A stretch of 64,000 bases of DNA from Candidatus Undinarchaeales archaeon (lineage in GTDB: Archaea > SpSt-1190 > JASMDC01): contig JASMDC010000015.1 in NCBI GenBank assembly GCA_030753015.1, positions 1 to 64,000 of the forward strand. The letters run 5' to 3'. Positions 38,697 through 49,171 of the stretch are shown here, in pieces. The position numbers and the translations under genes are program-made. The notes beneath the pieces are model-generated. The model did no database searches and was not told the DNA's origin. It was given only the letters and a program-made list of their open reading frames with translations. Numbering within the stretch: the first letter of the stretch is position 1; each line of letters starts with the position of its first letter.

Positions 38697-39815
38697 ATGG
38701 CAAAATACAAAATCGCGGTCCTGCCGGGCGACGGTATCGGCAAGGACGTCACGGAAGCGGCGATGATCGTTCTGGACAAGCTCGGCCTGGACGCCGAGTA
38801 CATCTACGGCGACATCGGATGGGAGTTCTGGTGCAAGGAGGGCAATCCCCTTCCCGACCGCACCCTCAAGCTCTTCAAAGAGACCGACTGCTGCCTCTTC
38901 GGCGCGATCACATCGAAACCGAAGGAGGAGGCCCAGAAGGCCCTGGCGCCAGAGCTGCAGGACAAGGGGCTTACGTACTTCAGTCCCATCGTCAAGCTAC
39001 GCCAGCTTTTGAACCTGCATACCAACCTCAGGCCGTGCAAGGGCTTCGAGGGCAATCCCCTCAACTTCAAGGACGGAATCGACCTGGTGGTGTTCAGGGA
39101 GAACACCGAGGGACTGTACTCGGGCGTGGAGTTCCACCCCGTGCCCGACGGTGTCCGTTCCGCTCTCAAGGACAACAATGCCAAGATGGGCCGGTTCGAC
39201 GACACGGCGGCCGATGACCTGGCCATCTCGTGCCGGATCTTCACCCGGGCGGGGTGCCAGCGCATCGTGCGCAACGCCTTCGAGTACGCCAAGACACACG
39301 GCTACTCTTCCGTCACCATCGTGGAGAAGCCCAACGTCATCCGCGAGACCAGCGGTCTCATGGTGCGCGAGGCGCGCAAGATTGCCAAGGAGTTCGACGG
39401 CATCGACCTCTGGGAGACCAACGTCGACGCCCAGTGCATGTGGCTGATCAAGAATCCCAACGATTACGGCGTGATGGTATCGTCGAACATGTTCGGTGAC
39501 ATAATCTCGGACCTGGCCGGCCAGTTGGTGGGCGGCCTGGGCTTCGCCAGTGCGGGCAACATCGGCGACGACTACGCGGTGTTCGAGCCCACCCACGGCT
39601 CAGCGCCCAAGTACGCGGGCCAGTACAAGGTCAATCCCATGGCCATGCTGCTCACCGTGAAGATGATGCTCGACTGGCTCGGGGAGGCTGACAAGGCCAA
39701 GAACCTCGAGAATGCCATCAGTGAGGTCATCAAGGAAGGCAAGGTCCGCACCTACGACATGAAGGGCGACGCCAAGACCCTCGAAGTGGCCCGCGCCATC
39801 GCGGACAAGCTGTAG
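38697..39815 (+). CDS. Isocitrate/isopropylmalate (beta-decarboxylating) dehydrogenase
   Basis: [36 protein letters not shown]. Confidence 0.92.
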   Translation: MAKYKIAVLPGDGIGKDVTEAAMIVLDKLGLDAEYIYGDIGWEFWCKEGNPLPDRTLKLFKETDCCLFGAITSKPKEEAQKALAPELQDKGLTYFSPIVKLRQLLNLHTNLRPCKGFEGNPLNFKDGIDLVVFRENTEGLYSGVEFHPVPDGVRSALKDNNAKMGRFDDTAADDLAISCRIFTRAGCQRIVRNAFEYAKTHGYSSVTIVEKPNVIRETSGLMVREARKIAKEFDGIDLWETNVDAQCMWLIKNPNDYGVMVSSNMFGDIISDLAGQLVGGLGFASAGNIGDDYAVFEPTHGSAPKYAGQYKVNPMAMLLTVKMMLDWLGEADKAKNLENAISEVIKEGKVRTYDMKGDAKTLEVARAIADKL

Positions 39816-39822
39816 ACCGCCC

Positions 39823-40200
39823 ATGAGCGCTACAGACCGGTGGGGGGTCGCCTGAACGGCGATCATCGAGGACCTTGAGCAGGCCGGCCTCGAAGGCCAG
39901 GAGGTCGACGTGCTCAAGACCTACCTCACCGAAAAGGAGCGGGCGCTCATCGAGGTAGCATACCGCAGGAGTAAGTTCCACGCGATCTTGCTTTCAGAGC
40001 TCGCTCGTGGGCTGGAGGACGCAGAAGGGTTCCACGGGCCGCATGCCGCCGAGCTCGAGCTCCTCCGTTTCCAGCCCACGCTCCACTCTCTGGAGAATAA
40101 GGGGCTTGTCAGGCTCCTCCACAAGGAGGTCCTTCTGACGGAGTCAGGGCTGCAGGTATGCGAAACGTTGTTCGGGATCGTGGAGGACCCGCCGGCCTAG
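39823..40200 (+). CDS. Hypothetical winged-helix-like protein with in-frame TGA at codon 11 (or start at GTG 39910)
   Basis: ATG 39823 is in frame with ORF 39910-40200 except for TGA 39853-39855; LHSLENKGLV...LTESG wHTH pattern. Confidence 0.55.
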
Positions 40201-40490
40201 GCGTGGTCTTCCTCGACCTCGATGACCCTATCGATGAGGTCAGCGACCTCTTCACCCTTTTCCGTGGGCTCGTAGAGCCGGGTCCGGCCCAGCTTGATGG
40301 TGCTCGCCAGCCCCATCTCACGGAATCGTTGAAGGACGCGGAGGGTGTGTGCGTACTCCGTATCGGCGACCTTAGAGATGGCACGAACGTAGCGCACGGG
40401 AGGATTGCCTCCGTTCAGCGAAAGAAAGATCTTTGTAGCCTTCTTTTTGAAAAAGAGGCCCAATAATTCGTCCTTCTGCTCTCTAGGCAT
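40197..40490 (-). CDS. Winged-helix (MarR-like) DNA-binding protein
   Basis: YVRAISKVADTEYAHTLRVL, GL...KLGR...PTEKG. Confidence 0.8.
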   Translation of the reverse strand: MPREQKDELLGLFFKKKATKIFLSLNGGNPPVRYVRAISKVADTEYAHTLRVLQRFREMGLASTIKLGRTRLYEPTEKGEEVADLIDRVIEVEEDHA

Positions 40491-40733
40491 AGTATTTCCT
40501 TCCTTGCTGGGGGTGAGGGGGAAATCGCTTTCCCCTCGTAGCGAATCTGTGTCAGAGCCTACATTTAAAAGTCCTTCGCCTGCGAGATTCGTTGTTTATA
40601 AATCTGGGCTAGTTTATAAATTAACTGCGACACTTTACGGCCATATCGTCCGAGTTACACCCTAATTCCGAAGAATCTTCCGAATTTTAAATGGGACTGA
40701 ATAATGAGAGGATACGATATGAGTGACACAGTG

Positions 40734-40970
40734 TCACGCTTCGTTGATGGCCTCCACGAAGTCCTTGCCCTCGAGAGCACGGATCTGGGCACGGCTCGCC
40801 CGGACGAGGAACGAGCGGCTGAAGGGGTACTCCTCCACGACGTCGAACTCCGAAAGGGCCGGCCGTATCTCGTTCATGCCGAGATCACCCTGCACGATCA
40901 CGATGACCTCCACCACGTCGTCGGGGCCGAGATCGTTGATACGAGATTCGAGAAAACCGTCCAGTTTCAT
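40734..40970 (-). CDS. Stand-alone subtilisin-propeptide (inhibitor I9)-like protein
   Basis: 78 aa: VEVIV...VVEEYPFSRSFLVRASRAQIRALEGKDFVEAI. Confidence 0.55.
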   Translation of the reverse strand: MKLDGFLESRINDLGPDDVVEVIVIVQGDLGMNEIRPALSEFDVVEEYPFSRSFLVRASRAQIRALEGKDFVEAINEA

Positions 40971-41112
40971 TCGATACCACCCATGGGAAAGGTATTTATC
41001 GGTGCGAAGATTATAACTAAATAGGTTCCAAAGGGGCGTTAATGGGAAAACTATATAAAGAACAAACGACACTATGTTACTATCGTCTGGTGACGAACGG
41101 GGGTTACAAATT

Positions 41113-41916
41113 ATGATGGATGGCCTTGATGGATGGGTTGACTCGTACCGCGCGGAGATGGACCGCGAGCGGGGCGATATGGATCCTGTAACAAAGGACA
41201 TCCAGCAGTCCATGTACCGTGGCCCTCTTTCCCTCCTTCGCAACGTCTACGACGTCTACAAGGACAACGCCTACTCTGCCCTTTTCGGGGCCGAGCCCAA
41301 GGACTACCTAGAGGGCAACGTCACCGCGAACCTCTTCGCCGGCACCAAGGACGGGATCGGCATCAAGTACGTCGCAGAGAATGGTCGCTTCGTCATCCCG
41401 ACCAAGGATGGCAAGTACGTCGAGGCCAAGAACTCCAAAGCCTACGCCCTTGACGACAAGGGACAGGTCCTCTCGGACAGCGAACTCGACAAGGCCGACG
41501 ACATAGTCATCGAGATGGAGACGCCGGATGGCGCCAAGATCCAGGTCAACTACTTCGACCTCGTCACGATCACTCAGCCCGTTAGCGAAGACAGCGACAA
41601 GCAGGGCGTGTACCTCGGTGTCGGCGAGTCTTACCTCCTTAACCCCTGGGGTGAGCCTGTCGCAAAGGGTGTCAACTGCTACTCGGCCGACTTCGCAGAG
41701 ATGGACATGGACCTTCGGCCCGTTGACCGCAAGTCCTGGTCTGCCATGGATTCCAGCTACCACGACGGCGTGCGCGTCAAGCGCCAGCCATACACCCCCG
41801 TGTACGACACAGAGAGCAAGTCGTTCAAGTGGATGGAACCCGTGAAGAACCCCCAGATCTCCGGCGGACACGACTTCGAGAAGCGCGAGGGCGTGTTCAA
41901 GTACCTGGCCGCCTAA
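41113..41916 (+). CDS. Acidic hypothetical protein
   Basis: Strong host-like codon bias; TATA-like CTATATAAAG near 41051. Confidence 0.7.
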   Translation: MMDGLDGWVDSYRAEMDRERGDMDPVTKDIQQSMYRGPLSLLRNVYDVYKDNAYSALFGAEPKDYLEGNVTANLFAGTKDGIGIKYVAENGRFVIPTKDGKYVEAKNSKAYALDDKGQVLSDSELDKADDIVIEMETPDGAKIQVNYFDLVTITQPVSEDSDKQGVYLGVGESYLLNPWGEPVAKGVNCYSADFAEMDMDLRPVDRKSWSAMDSSYHDGVRVKRQPYTPVYDTESKSFKWMEPVKNPQISGGHDFEKREGVFKYLAA

Positions 41917-42012
41917 AGGCCAGCAACCACAAACCTTATCTAGCGGAGGTTACACTGTAGAGAACAGAACGGACGGGTAAGAAGGACCGTATAGACAAGG
42001 ACGTGTACCCAG

Positions 42013-44160
42013 ATGGGCTTCGAAAAGCTGAAGAAGCGTGCCAAGGACTGGATGAGGGACCTGCCGACACGGCCGTCGGCCTCGGTCACTCCCAAGACCG
42101 AGGAGGGTATGATCCTCGACCGTTTGCGCAAGACCTTCGAGACGGGCGTCGTCAACGCCGAAATAGGTATGTTCCGGTGGACCGGAAAGGGTCCGGAGGA
42201 CACCAAGGCAGAGGACGTTCCCATCTGGCAGCGCCAGCAGGTACGCGAGATCGTGGAGGAGATGGGTGGCGAGTCCACCGTCCACGCCGGTCTGTCGGTC
42301 GACCTCACCTGGCCCACGCCCAACAAACGCATGCAGTCGATCCGGGAGCTGAAACACACCCTACTTTATGCCCGTGACATCAAGGCCAACGTGGTCACCG
42401 TCCACCCCACTACCATGCAGGGCGGTAATGCCTTCTTCGACACCGTTCTCTTCACGCCCGAGACACGCGCGCCATGGTACGGCGGCGGCGAGGCGGAGAT
42501 GTCGCAGCGCAACGAGACCGCCGAACAGGTGGGCTGGTACACACCGCAGTACTTCAAGCGCATGGAAGCATGGCGCAAGGCGCACATGCGCCGCACCCTG
42601 GAGCAGGCCTTCGGCAAGGGGGCCGCAGAGGTCGATGCCGCTATCTACTCGACGGGCATCGAGCTGTACATGAAGTTCCTGCAGGGTATGACCCAGCTCT
42701 TCGGGTTCTACAAAGAGGCCAAGGAGAACCATCTCCCCATGGCCATCGCCCAGGAGCACTTCAACAATTTCGTTCACATGTCGGCCAAGATCGCCGAGAA
42801 TCCCCAGCTCTCCGAGGAGGAGAAGAAGGCTGAGATCACGGCGCTGGCCAAGGCAGGGTTCCGTTCCGCCCTGTCGGACAGGGGACCCTACCAGGACGCC
42901 TCGCCAGCACACGTGCGACCCTACGCGGAACGGGCGTTCGCGCCCTTCCTCAGTGGCGGGGCGGGCGGCGGCGCAGGCGGCGGCGGCCCCGGTGCTGATA
43001 ACAACGTCGTCGACGCCGTGGGCAAGCAGCTGGCCTCCGTCAAGGAGCAGATCGCCGCCGATCAGGGCGTGGACGCGGACCAGCTCCACCTCACCCCCGA
43101 ACTCGTCGAGGAATACCTTCTCAAGGACGGCAAGACCGGGCTCAAGCACCTGCGCGAGCAGGCGAACAAGTGGAACCCCGGCCTGCGAGGGTTCGACGCA
43201 CGGTACAAGCCTATTACCGAAAAGACCTTCCTCACCACGCTCACCAAGTCGTTCGAGATCCTGCTGGACGACGAGGACATCAAGTCCGTGCTCAATGAGG
43301 GCGAGACCAAGATCGGCCTCGAGAACATGGAGATGACGAACCTCGCCACCGGCGTTCTGGGCTCACCGTACTTCTCCCAGCCCATCCACTTCAAGAAGGC
43401 GCTGAAGCAGATATGGGCGATCGCCAAGCGCAAGGGCATCAAGAACCCGGAGAAGGTCATCGGGATGACCTACGACATCCTCCACGCCTCCACCGGGAAG
43501 GACCCCCTCAAGTTCATGGAAGAGCTGCAGAAGCCGGAGATAGACCCCGAGACCGGGGAGAAGCTCCCCGGCGTGCCTCTCTTCAACGTCCACGTCTCGG
43601 GTGGCCCGATCAACGCCTACGGCGGGACTGCCCACCAGCACGTGGCCATGGGTTCGCGGGGCGATGCCATCACCCAGAAGCACCCCGGCCTCATGGACGA
43701 CATCAAGAAGAAGCTCAAGGAGGCCAAGAGCAAGGGTCTCATCGAGGACGTGCCGGTCATCACCATCGAACCCGGAGAGGGCGGTACCGAGGACACCGAG
43801 CAGACGCTCGCCAACTGGGTGACCGCGGGGGCCGAGCCCTTCTATGCCAAGTACGGCGCCGAGCTCGGGGTGGCCAAGGAGTGGGGTTACGACCAGGCCA
43901 CGGACGAGTACTACAAGGAGAAGGCAGAGCAGCAGAGCCTGAGCGAGTACCCCGGCGAGGGGCTCTACACGGCCATGGACCGTTCCTTCCTCTACCAGGG
44001 TGCACGGGCCACCTTCATGGAGACGCTCTACAGCCAGGGCGGTGCCCAGAAGGGTGTCGCGCCCGGTATGTGGGCAGGCGGAATGAGCCACCGTGACGTC
44101 GCCCAGCTACCCAAGCCCTGGGCGGAGCGCTTCTACTTCTCGGGCCAGGGGAACGAGTAA
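42013..44160 (+). CDS. Xylose-isomerase/AP-endonuclease-2-like TIM-barrel protein with large insertion
   Basis: STVHA, VVTVHP, IGLENM, GMTYDILHA, NVHVS, QH, TIE metal-ligand pattern. Confidence 0.65.
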   Translation: MGFEKLKKRAKDWMRDLPTRPSASVTPKTEEGMILDRLRKTFETGVVNAEIGMFRWTGKGPEDTKAEDVPIWQRQQVREIVEEMGGESTVHAGLSVDLTWPTPNKRMQSIRELKHTLLYARDIKANVVTVHPTTMQGGNAFFDTVLFTPETRAPWYGGGEAEMSQRNETAEQVGWYTPQYFKRMEAWRKAHMRRTLEQAFGKGAAEVDAAIYSTGIELYMKFLQGMTQLFGFYKEAKENHLPMAIAQEHFNNFVHMSAKIAENPQLSEEEKKAEITALAKAGFRSALSDRGPYQDASPAHVRPYAERAFAPFLSGGAGGGAGGGGPGADNNVVDAVGKQLASVKEQIAADQGVDADQLHLTPELVEEYLLKDGKTGLKHLREQANKWNPGLRGFDARYKPITEKTFLTTLTKSFEILLDDEDIKSVLNEGETKIGLENMEMTNLATGVLGSPYFSQPIHFKKALKQIWAIAKRKGIKNPEKVIGMTYDILHASTGKDPLKFMEELQKPEIDPETGEKLPGVPLFNVHVSGGPINAYGGTAHQHVAMGSRGDAITQKHPGLMDDIKKKLKEAKSKGLIEDVPVITIEPGEGGTEDTEQTLANWVTAGAEPFYAKYGAELGVAKEWGYDQATDEYYKEKAEQQSLSEYPGEGLYTAMDRSFLYQGARATFMETLYSQGGAQKGVAPGMWAGGMSHRDVAQLPKPWAERFYFSGQGNE

Positions 44161-44222
44161 ACGGCGGCCTGCGCCAAACATTTTATAAAGGAAGAGCAGG
44201 TATCTTTCGATGGGTTAGAGCT

Positions 44223-46367
44223 GTGTCTCCTGATAATGCTGTCGAGGGAAGAATCACGTCCATCGAGGAGAAGATGCGCACCTTCTCCAAGGCCATGCAG
44301 GCCATCGAGGCATTCTCCAACCAGCAGCGGCAGGTCCTCCTCAAGGCGCTGAGCGAAGGGGACAAGACCTCCGCTCTCGTGGAGCGTCTCAACACCCTCG
44401 AGGGCCGGTTCGTCAGGATCGAGCAGGAGGGGCTCAAGTCCACGGAGGACTATCTGGCCGTCGAGGAGCGGATGGGCCGCTCGTCCCAGGAGAACGAGGG
44501 CGCCATCAAGGCCATCTCCGACGAGCTGCGGTCCCTGCGCGAATCGCTGGAGATCGAGATATACAAGTCGTCGGCCAAGGTCGAGAAGAAGGTCGTCACA
44601 CGCCTCGAACCCATCGAGAAGGGGCAGGAGTCCATCACAGCGGTGCGCGACCGCATCACCCTGCTGGAGAAGCTGGTCAACAACCAGCTTACGCCCATCT
44701 CAGGCCGCATCGACACCGTCCAGCAAGGACTGGAGGAGCGGTTCAACAGCATCCAGGAGACCATGAACGAGAAGCTGGGCCGGCTCGAGGAGATCACCGG
44801 ATCCATCAAGGACTTCGTCCCCGAGGCCATCACCCACTCTCAAAGCTCGATCGAGGAACGGATCGATGCCCGCATCGGTGCACGGATGGAAGCGCTCGAG
44901 AATCGTGCTGCCTCGTTCAGTGACATCACCAAGCGCATGGACACGCTCGAGGATAGCCTGAACAAGCAGGTGTCGCCGCTCCGCGACGACGTGGCCATGA
45001 TCAAGGAGAAGGTCACGCTCGAGGTCGACAAGACCATCTCACGCGTGGAATCACGTGTGGACGGCAAGCTCGATCCTCTGTCGACCTGGGTCAGCGGCCT
45101 GAACAAGAAGGTCGAGAGCGTGGAGAAGAAGCTCCAGTCGACGCCCGACCTCGAAGCCCGCCTCACCCGTCTGGAGGGGCTCGTGGAGAGCCAGATCGCA
45201 CCATTGGGCGAGAAGCTCTCGGCGCTTGAGACCACCCTCGGTGTGGACGTGGACGACTCCGTCAACCGCCTCGAAGAGCGGGTGGACGCGCGGATGAGCG
45301 CTGCTGAGAACCGCCTTGGCGAGCGGCTCGGCACCATCAACACCATCATGGACGACCGGTTCTCCGGCGTCGACACCAAGCTCAACGGTCTGGACGAGAC
45401 GACACGGACCAGCGAGGTGCTCGTCGAGCGCGTATCGCGCATCGAGGACCAGCTGGGCGATTCCACCAAGGTGCTGACCGACCGGGTAAACTCCGTCGAG
45501 GTGCTCACCAAGTCGAACCAGGTGGAGGCCATCAACCGGATCGAGGACGTCAAGAACGACGGGATAGGCCCCATGACCAAGGACCTCAAGCGGGTCAAGG
45601 AGTTCATGGCCAAGGCCGCGACCAGCGTGGAGACGGCCGCCATACGCGAGGACATGAACGAGCACGGCACCCAGATCAGGGACCTCATCGCCATCTCCTC
45701 CAAGCTCCTGGACCAGTTCAAGGGCCTCAACACCATACCTCCCAGGATCACCAAGCTCGAGCTCAAGGTCGAGAACCTCGATCCCCTACGCACCGACTTC
45801 CAGAACGTGGTCACCATGACCCGGAAGGTCGGCCGGCTCGTCACCGGCGTGGAGAGCCGCATCTCGAAGAACGAGCGGGAGCTCAAGCGGTTCGACCGCA
45901 CCGAGGATGCGCTGACCACCCTCACCAAGGCGCTGGGCGACGTCACCAAGATAGCCAGCCGCAACGAGCTGGAGCTCGGCTCGCTGCGCGCACGCGAGGT
46001 CCCCAAGACCATCGACGAGCACGAGAAGCGTATCGACGACCTGTTCCGGCTGCAGCAGAAGGTGCTCTACACCAGCGAGGACCTGGCCAAGAAGGTCGGC
46101 GTGTTCCAGAAGACGCTGGGCACCGGTACCGACCTCATGGACGAGGTCGTCCACAAGGTGGAGCGGCGCCTCGAAGTGTTCGAGAAGGAGATGCGCGTGG
46201 TCAAGACCGAGAACGAGAGCATCCGGCTCTCCATGGGCGACGCCATCTCGGCCGCAGCCGACCTCGAGGACGTCAAGAAGGACGTCATCCGCCTGCGTGT
46301 CCGCCAGAAGAAGCTCGGAGAGACGCTGAAGTCCATGAAGGACAGGGTCTCGATGGTCATCGCGTAG
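44223..46367 (+). CDS. Long coiled-coil protein
   Basis: 714 aa of heptad-like E/R/K/L repeats; no Walker motif. Confidence 0.8.
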   Translation: MSPDNAVEGRITSIEEKMRTFSKAMQAIEAFSNQQRQVLLKALSEGDKTSALVERLNTLEGRFVRIEQEGLKSTEDYLAVEERMGRSSQENEGAIKAISDELRSLRESLEIEIYKSSAKVEKKVVTRLEPIEKGQESITAVRDRITLLEKLVNNQLTPISGRIDTVQQGLEERFNSIQETMNEKLGRLEEITGSIKDFVPEAITHSQSSIEERIDARIGARMEALENRAASFSDITKRMDTLEDSLNKQVSPLRDDVAMIKEKVTLEVDKTISRVESRVDGKLDPLSTWVSGLNKKVESVEKKLQSTPDLEARLTRLEGLVESQIAPLGEKLSALETTLGVDVDDSVNRLEERVDARMSAAENRLGERLGTINTIMDDRFSGVDTKLNGLDETTRTSEVLVERVSRIEDQLGDSTKVLTDRVNSVEVLTKSNQVEAINRIEDVKNDGIGPMTKDLKRVKEFMAKAATSVETAAIREDMNEHGTQIRDLIAISSKLLDQFKGLNTIPPRITKLELKVENLDPLRTDFQNVVTMTRKVGRLVTGVESRISKNERELKRFDRTEDALTTLTKALGDVTKIASRNELELGSLRAREVPKTIDEHEKRIDDLFRLQQKVLYTSEDLAKKVGVFQKTLGTGTDLMDEVVHKVERRLEVFEKEMRVVKTENESIRLSMGDAISAAADLEDVKKDVIRLRVRQKKLGETLKSMKDRVSMVIA

Positions 46368-46514
46368 ACCGGACGCGGACGGTCGGAGCTGCAGTGGGAC
46401 TTATTGGTCAGCGGGAGCGTTCCGGGGATGGCGAAGTTCTGTCCGGAGCCAGGAACACTTGTGTTATACGAAAGCCTACAGATTCAGTCCTTCTTCTTGA
46501 TCCTCCCTTGTCTG

Positions 46515-46545
46515 TTGAGAATCGCTGAGCGAGGCCGCCGATCCG
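46515..46545 (+). repeat. Repeat B, partial copy
   Basis: TTGAGAATCGCTGAGCGAGGCCGCCGATCCG matches 50864-50893. Confidence 0.75.
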
Positions 46546-46771
46546 GTTATGTGGGATCCCGGCCTACGCCGAATTCAAAGTCTTTTCCATTCTAATCATT
46601 ATTACTTCTGTACCCTCAACATTTTGCTTGATTTTCTTGACTTTTCGATATCCCGATTTTATATAGAATTCTTCAGCCGTTATACTTGAAAGAACGAATA
46701 ATAGTCTCTTGTTCTTTTCCCTCGCAATTTGTTCAATGTTGTTGATTAATTTCGTACCTATCCCTTTGCCA

Positions 46772-48497
46772 CCCGCTCTTGACAGTTCGTTCTTGAAACC
46801 CTCGTTTTGATAAGCAAAGAAGCGACTTCCATCCCAACGATCTCCATGTCTAAGGGAAGAGGTAAGTCATCCGGCACAGAAGTCGAGTACGGCAGCGTCC
46901 GTGCCTTATGGGAGATCATAGAGCGTACCCGCCTCATCGAGATTCTCAATAACGCCGCCCCCAAGCGCAACGGCATCCCAGTGGGCGAGCTCACAGTCCT
47001 CATGGCCATCAACCGCTGCCTCGATCCCCAGGCCAAATGGACTATCCCCGAGTGGTACGAGCGGACCTACCTCCCCGAGCTCCTCGGCATCGATCTCCCT
47101 GCGTCGAGCGGCTACCAGACGCTGACGCGTTGCCTTGACTACCTGACCGACCCCGTCCAGGCGGACGTCGAGATGGCGCTCTGCGGCCGTGTGATGGAGG
47201 CCTATCACCTCAAGCCGCGCATGTTCCTGTACGACCTGACCTCGACCTTCGTGGAGGGCGAGGGGGCCGCCCCGATCCTCCAGTACGGGTACAGCCGTGA
47301 CCACCGTCCCGACCGCAAGCAGGTCAACTACGCGCTGTGCGTGACTGCGCCCGAGGGCGTTCCCATGTTCCATGAGGCGTTCCCAGGCAACCAGGTGGAC
47401 TCCAAGACCGTGAAGGAAACGATGGAGCGCTTTCAGGACCGCCACGGCCTCGACGGGTGCCTTGTAGTGGACCGTGGGATCGTCACCTACAAGAACGTCG
47501 AGGAGATCGTGGACGTTCGCGGTCTCGACCTCGTTGGCGGGATGAGGATGAACAACGGCCTCGCCCGCCGCGTGCGGGCGGTGCCTCTCGACGACTACGA
47601 CGAGCCGTTCAAGCGTGGAAAGGAAGTGCTGCAGGCGTACGAGCTGCCGCTGACGATCCGCAAAGTGGAGCGACGGTGCATCCTCTACTACAGCGCGGAG
47701 AAGGCCGGGCGCGACTACAAGACAAGGATGGCCCACCTCGTGAAGGTCGAGGCAGGGATCAAGAAGCTGGCCGAGTCGCTCCGTAGGAGCGGGCGTGGCC
47801 GCAGGCCGACACCCGCGGGGATCGCCGGGAAGATCGACCGGCTCCTTGAGGAGAAGAAGTGCCAGGGGCTGATCACGTGGCGTTTCGTCGGCGGCCGCGG
47901 CGGCCGCCGGCTCAAGTGGGAGCGCGACGAGGCAGCCATACGGGACAGGGAACTGATGGATGGGAAGTACGTTCTCATCACCACGCTGGACCTGTCGCCG
48001 AAGGAGATCCTCGAGACCTACCGCGGCCGCGACACAGTGGAGCGTGCCTTTCGCATCACGAAACAGTCCATCCGCATACGGCCCATCTGGAACAGGAAGG
48101 AGCAGCACATCAGGGCACACCTCTTCATCTGCTTCCTGGCATACCTGCTCATGAGCCTCCTCAAGCTCGACCTGAAGGAGGTGGAGGTCGACCTCACTCC
48201 CGTGAAGGCGCTCAAGAGGATGGGGTATGTTACGGAATGGGTGCCGCGGACGATCCAGGCCGAGGGGGGACAGGATGTCCTTGGAAGGCTCATGCAGAAG
48301 CGTCGTTAGCCCTCGAGGCTAACACCGGCATCCCCCAATGACAATCGCGAGCGGAAGCTCTCATCATTATGCTCGATGATAGGCGATCCAATGGATGATG
48401 ACATCAATATGGGCACGTTTTGTTGGTGATCGTGAGGGAAAATGAGTAATCGAACTCACCTCAATCACGAATCTAATTATGAAATGTCAAGGGCGGG
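46772..48497 (+). mobile_element. IS1634-family insertion sequence (1726 bp)
   Basis: Imperfect inverted repeats CCCGC(T/C)CTTGACA(G/T)TTC; 6-bp target duplication TTGCCA (46766-46771 and 48498-48503). Confidence 0.9.
46807..48309 (+). CDS. IS1634-family transposase
   Basis: YDLTSTFVEG, YGYSRDHRPD, VVDRG, VERAFR, IRPIW, IRAHLFICFLAY. Confidence 0.92.
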   Translation: MISKEATSIPTISMSKGRGKSSGTEVEYGSVRALWEIIERTRLIEILNNAAPKRNGIPVGELTVLMAINRCLDPQAKWTIPEWYERTYLPELLGIDLPASSGYQTLTRCLDYLTDPVQADVEMALCGRVMEAYHLKPRMFLYDLTSTFVEGEGAAPILQYGYSRDHRPDRKQVNYALCVTAPEGVPMFHEAFPGNQVDSKTVKETMERFQDRHGLDGCLVVDRGIVTYKNVEEIVDVRGLDLVGGMRMNNGLARRVRAVPLDDYDEPFKRGKEVLQAYELPLTIRKVERRCILYYSAEKAGRDYKTRMAHLVKVEAGIKKLAESLRRSGRGRRPTPAGIAGKIDRLLEEKKCQGLITWRFVGGRGGRRLKWERDEAAIRDRELMDGKYVLITTLDLSPKEILETYRGRDTVERAFRITKQSIRIRPIWNRKEQHIRAHLFICFLAYLLMSLLKLDLKEVEVDLTPVKALKRMGYVTEWVPRTIQAEGGQDVLGRLMQKRR

Positions 48498-48873
48498 TTG
48501 CCATGACGATCGGGTTCGATAAAGAAATTCCTCACTTGATCATCATCTAAACTTATAGTACCAACTATTCTTTTATCTATTTCAGCGATTAAGATTAAGG
48601 TCTTCTTAGATCTCTCAATTAATACATTTGGGGCATTATGCGGTAGTAATGTATCGATTGCTTCCTTCGAATAATCCTTGATATTCACCGTTTCTAAATT
48701 CTTTGTTATTAGAATACTCAATTCATTCGCATCTTGATCTCTGAATCTGCGAATTATCATCTTTGTTCCTTGGCATAGTCATGATGTAAATCTTATAGCT
48801 TTGGTCGGAACTCCGCGGTCGATATCGTTCCCTGGCCTTCCACCCACATGGCCCCGATCATCCTGAAATGTGA

Positions 48874-48933
48874 CGATCCTAACGTCGCTCGAGACTCGCT
48901 AAGCGGGTCCGCGTATAGTGAATTCTTGCTCGT
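48874..48933 (+). repeat. Repeat B
   Basis: About 60 bp alignable with 50849-50907. Confidence 0.8.
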
Positions 48934-48988
48934 TACGCGCCCTAACAAGGCGATCTTTTCGAATGACCGATGGTCATGAAGACTATTC

Positions 48989-49171
48989 ATGTATGTCGGT
49001 CTGATCCTGATGCATATAGGAGCGCCGATAATGTTCCAGAGCATGGTCACGCTCCTGTCGTCGGTCATATGGATCCCGATCATTATCTACTGGATGAAGA
49101 TCGATGAGGCGACGCTGGAAGAGGTCTATGGTAAGGAATATGTCGACTACAAGAACAGAACAATGTTCTGA
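48989..49171 (+). pseudogene. 3' fragment of an ICMT/PEMT-like methyltransferase
   Basis: MYVG...DEATLEEVYGKEYVDYKNRT; the RHP motif and N-terminal part are missing. Confidence 0.7.

Larger units (their letters stand above)
46564..48760 (-). pseudogene. GNAT acetyltransferase interrupted by IS1634
   Basis: Removing the IS and one TTGCCA restores FFIEPDRHG-KGIGTKLINNIE...AEEFYIKSGY...MEKTLNSA*; AT-rich. Confidence 0.9.

Noticed and set aside
40491-41110. Replication origin
   Set aside because: AT-rich, but no repeated ORB boxes and no cdc6/orc1 gene in the window
44223-46367. SMC/Rad50 or chemoreceptor
   Set aside because: No Walker A/B, signature, hinge, Zn-hook or MCP hairpin motif
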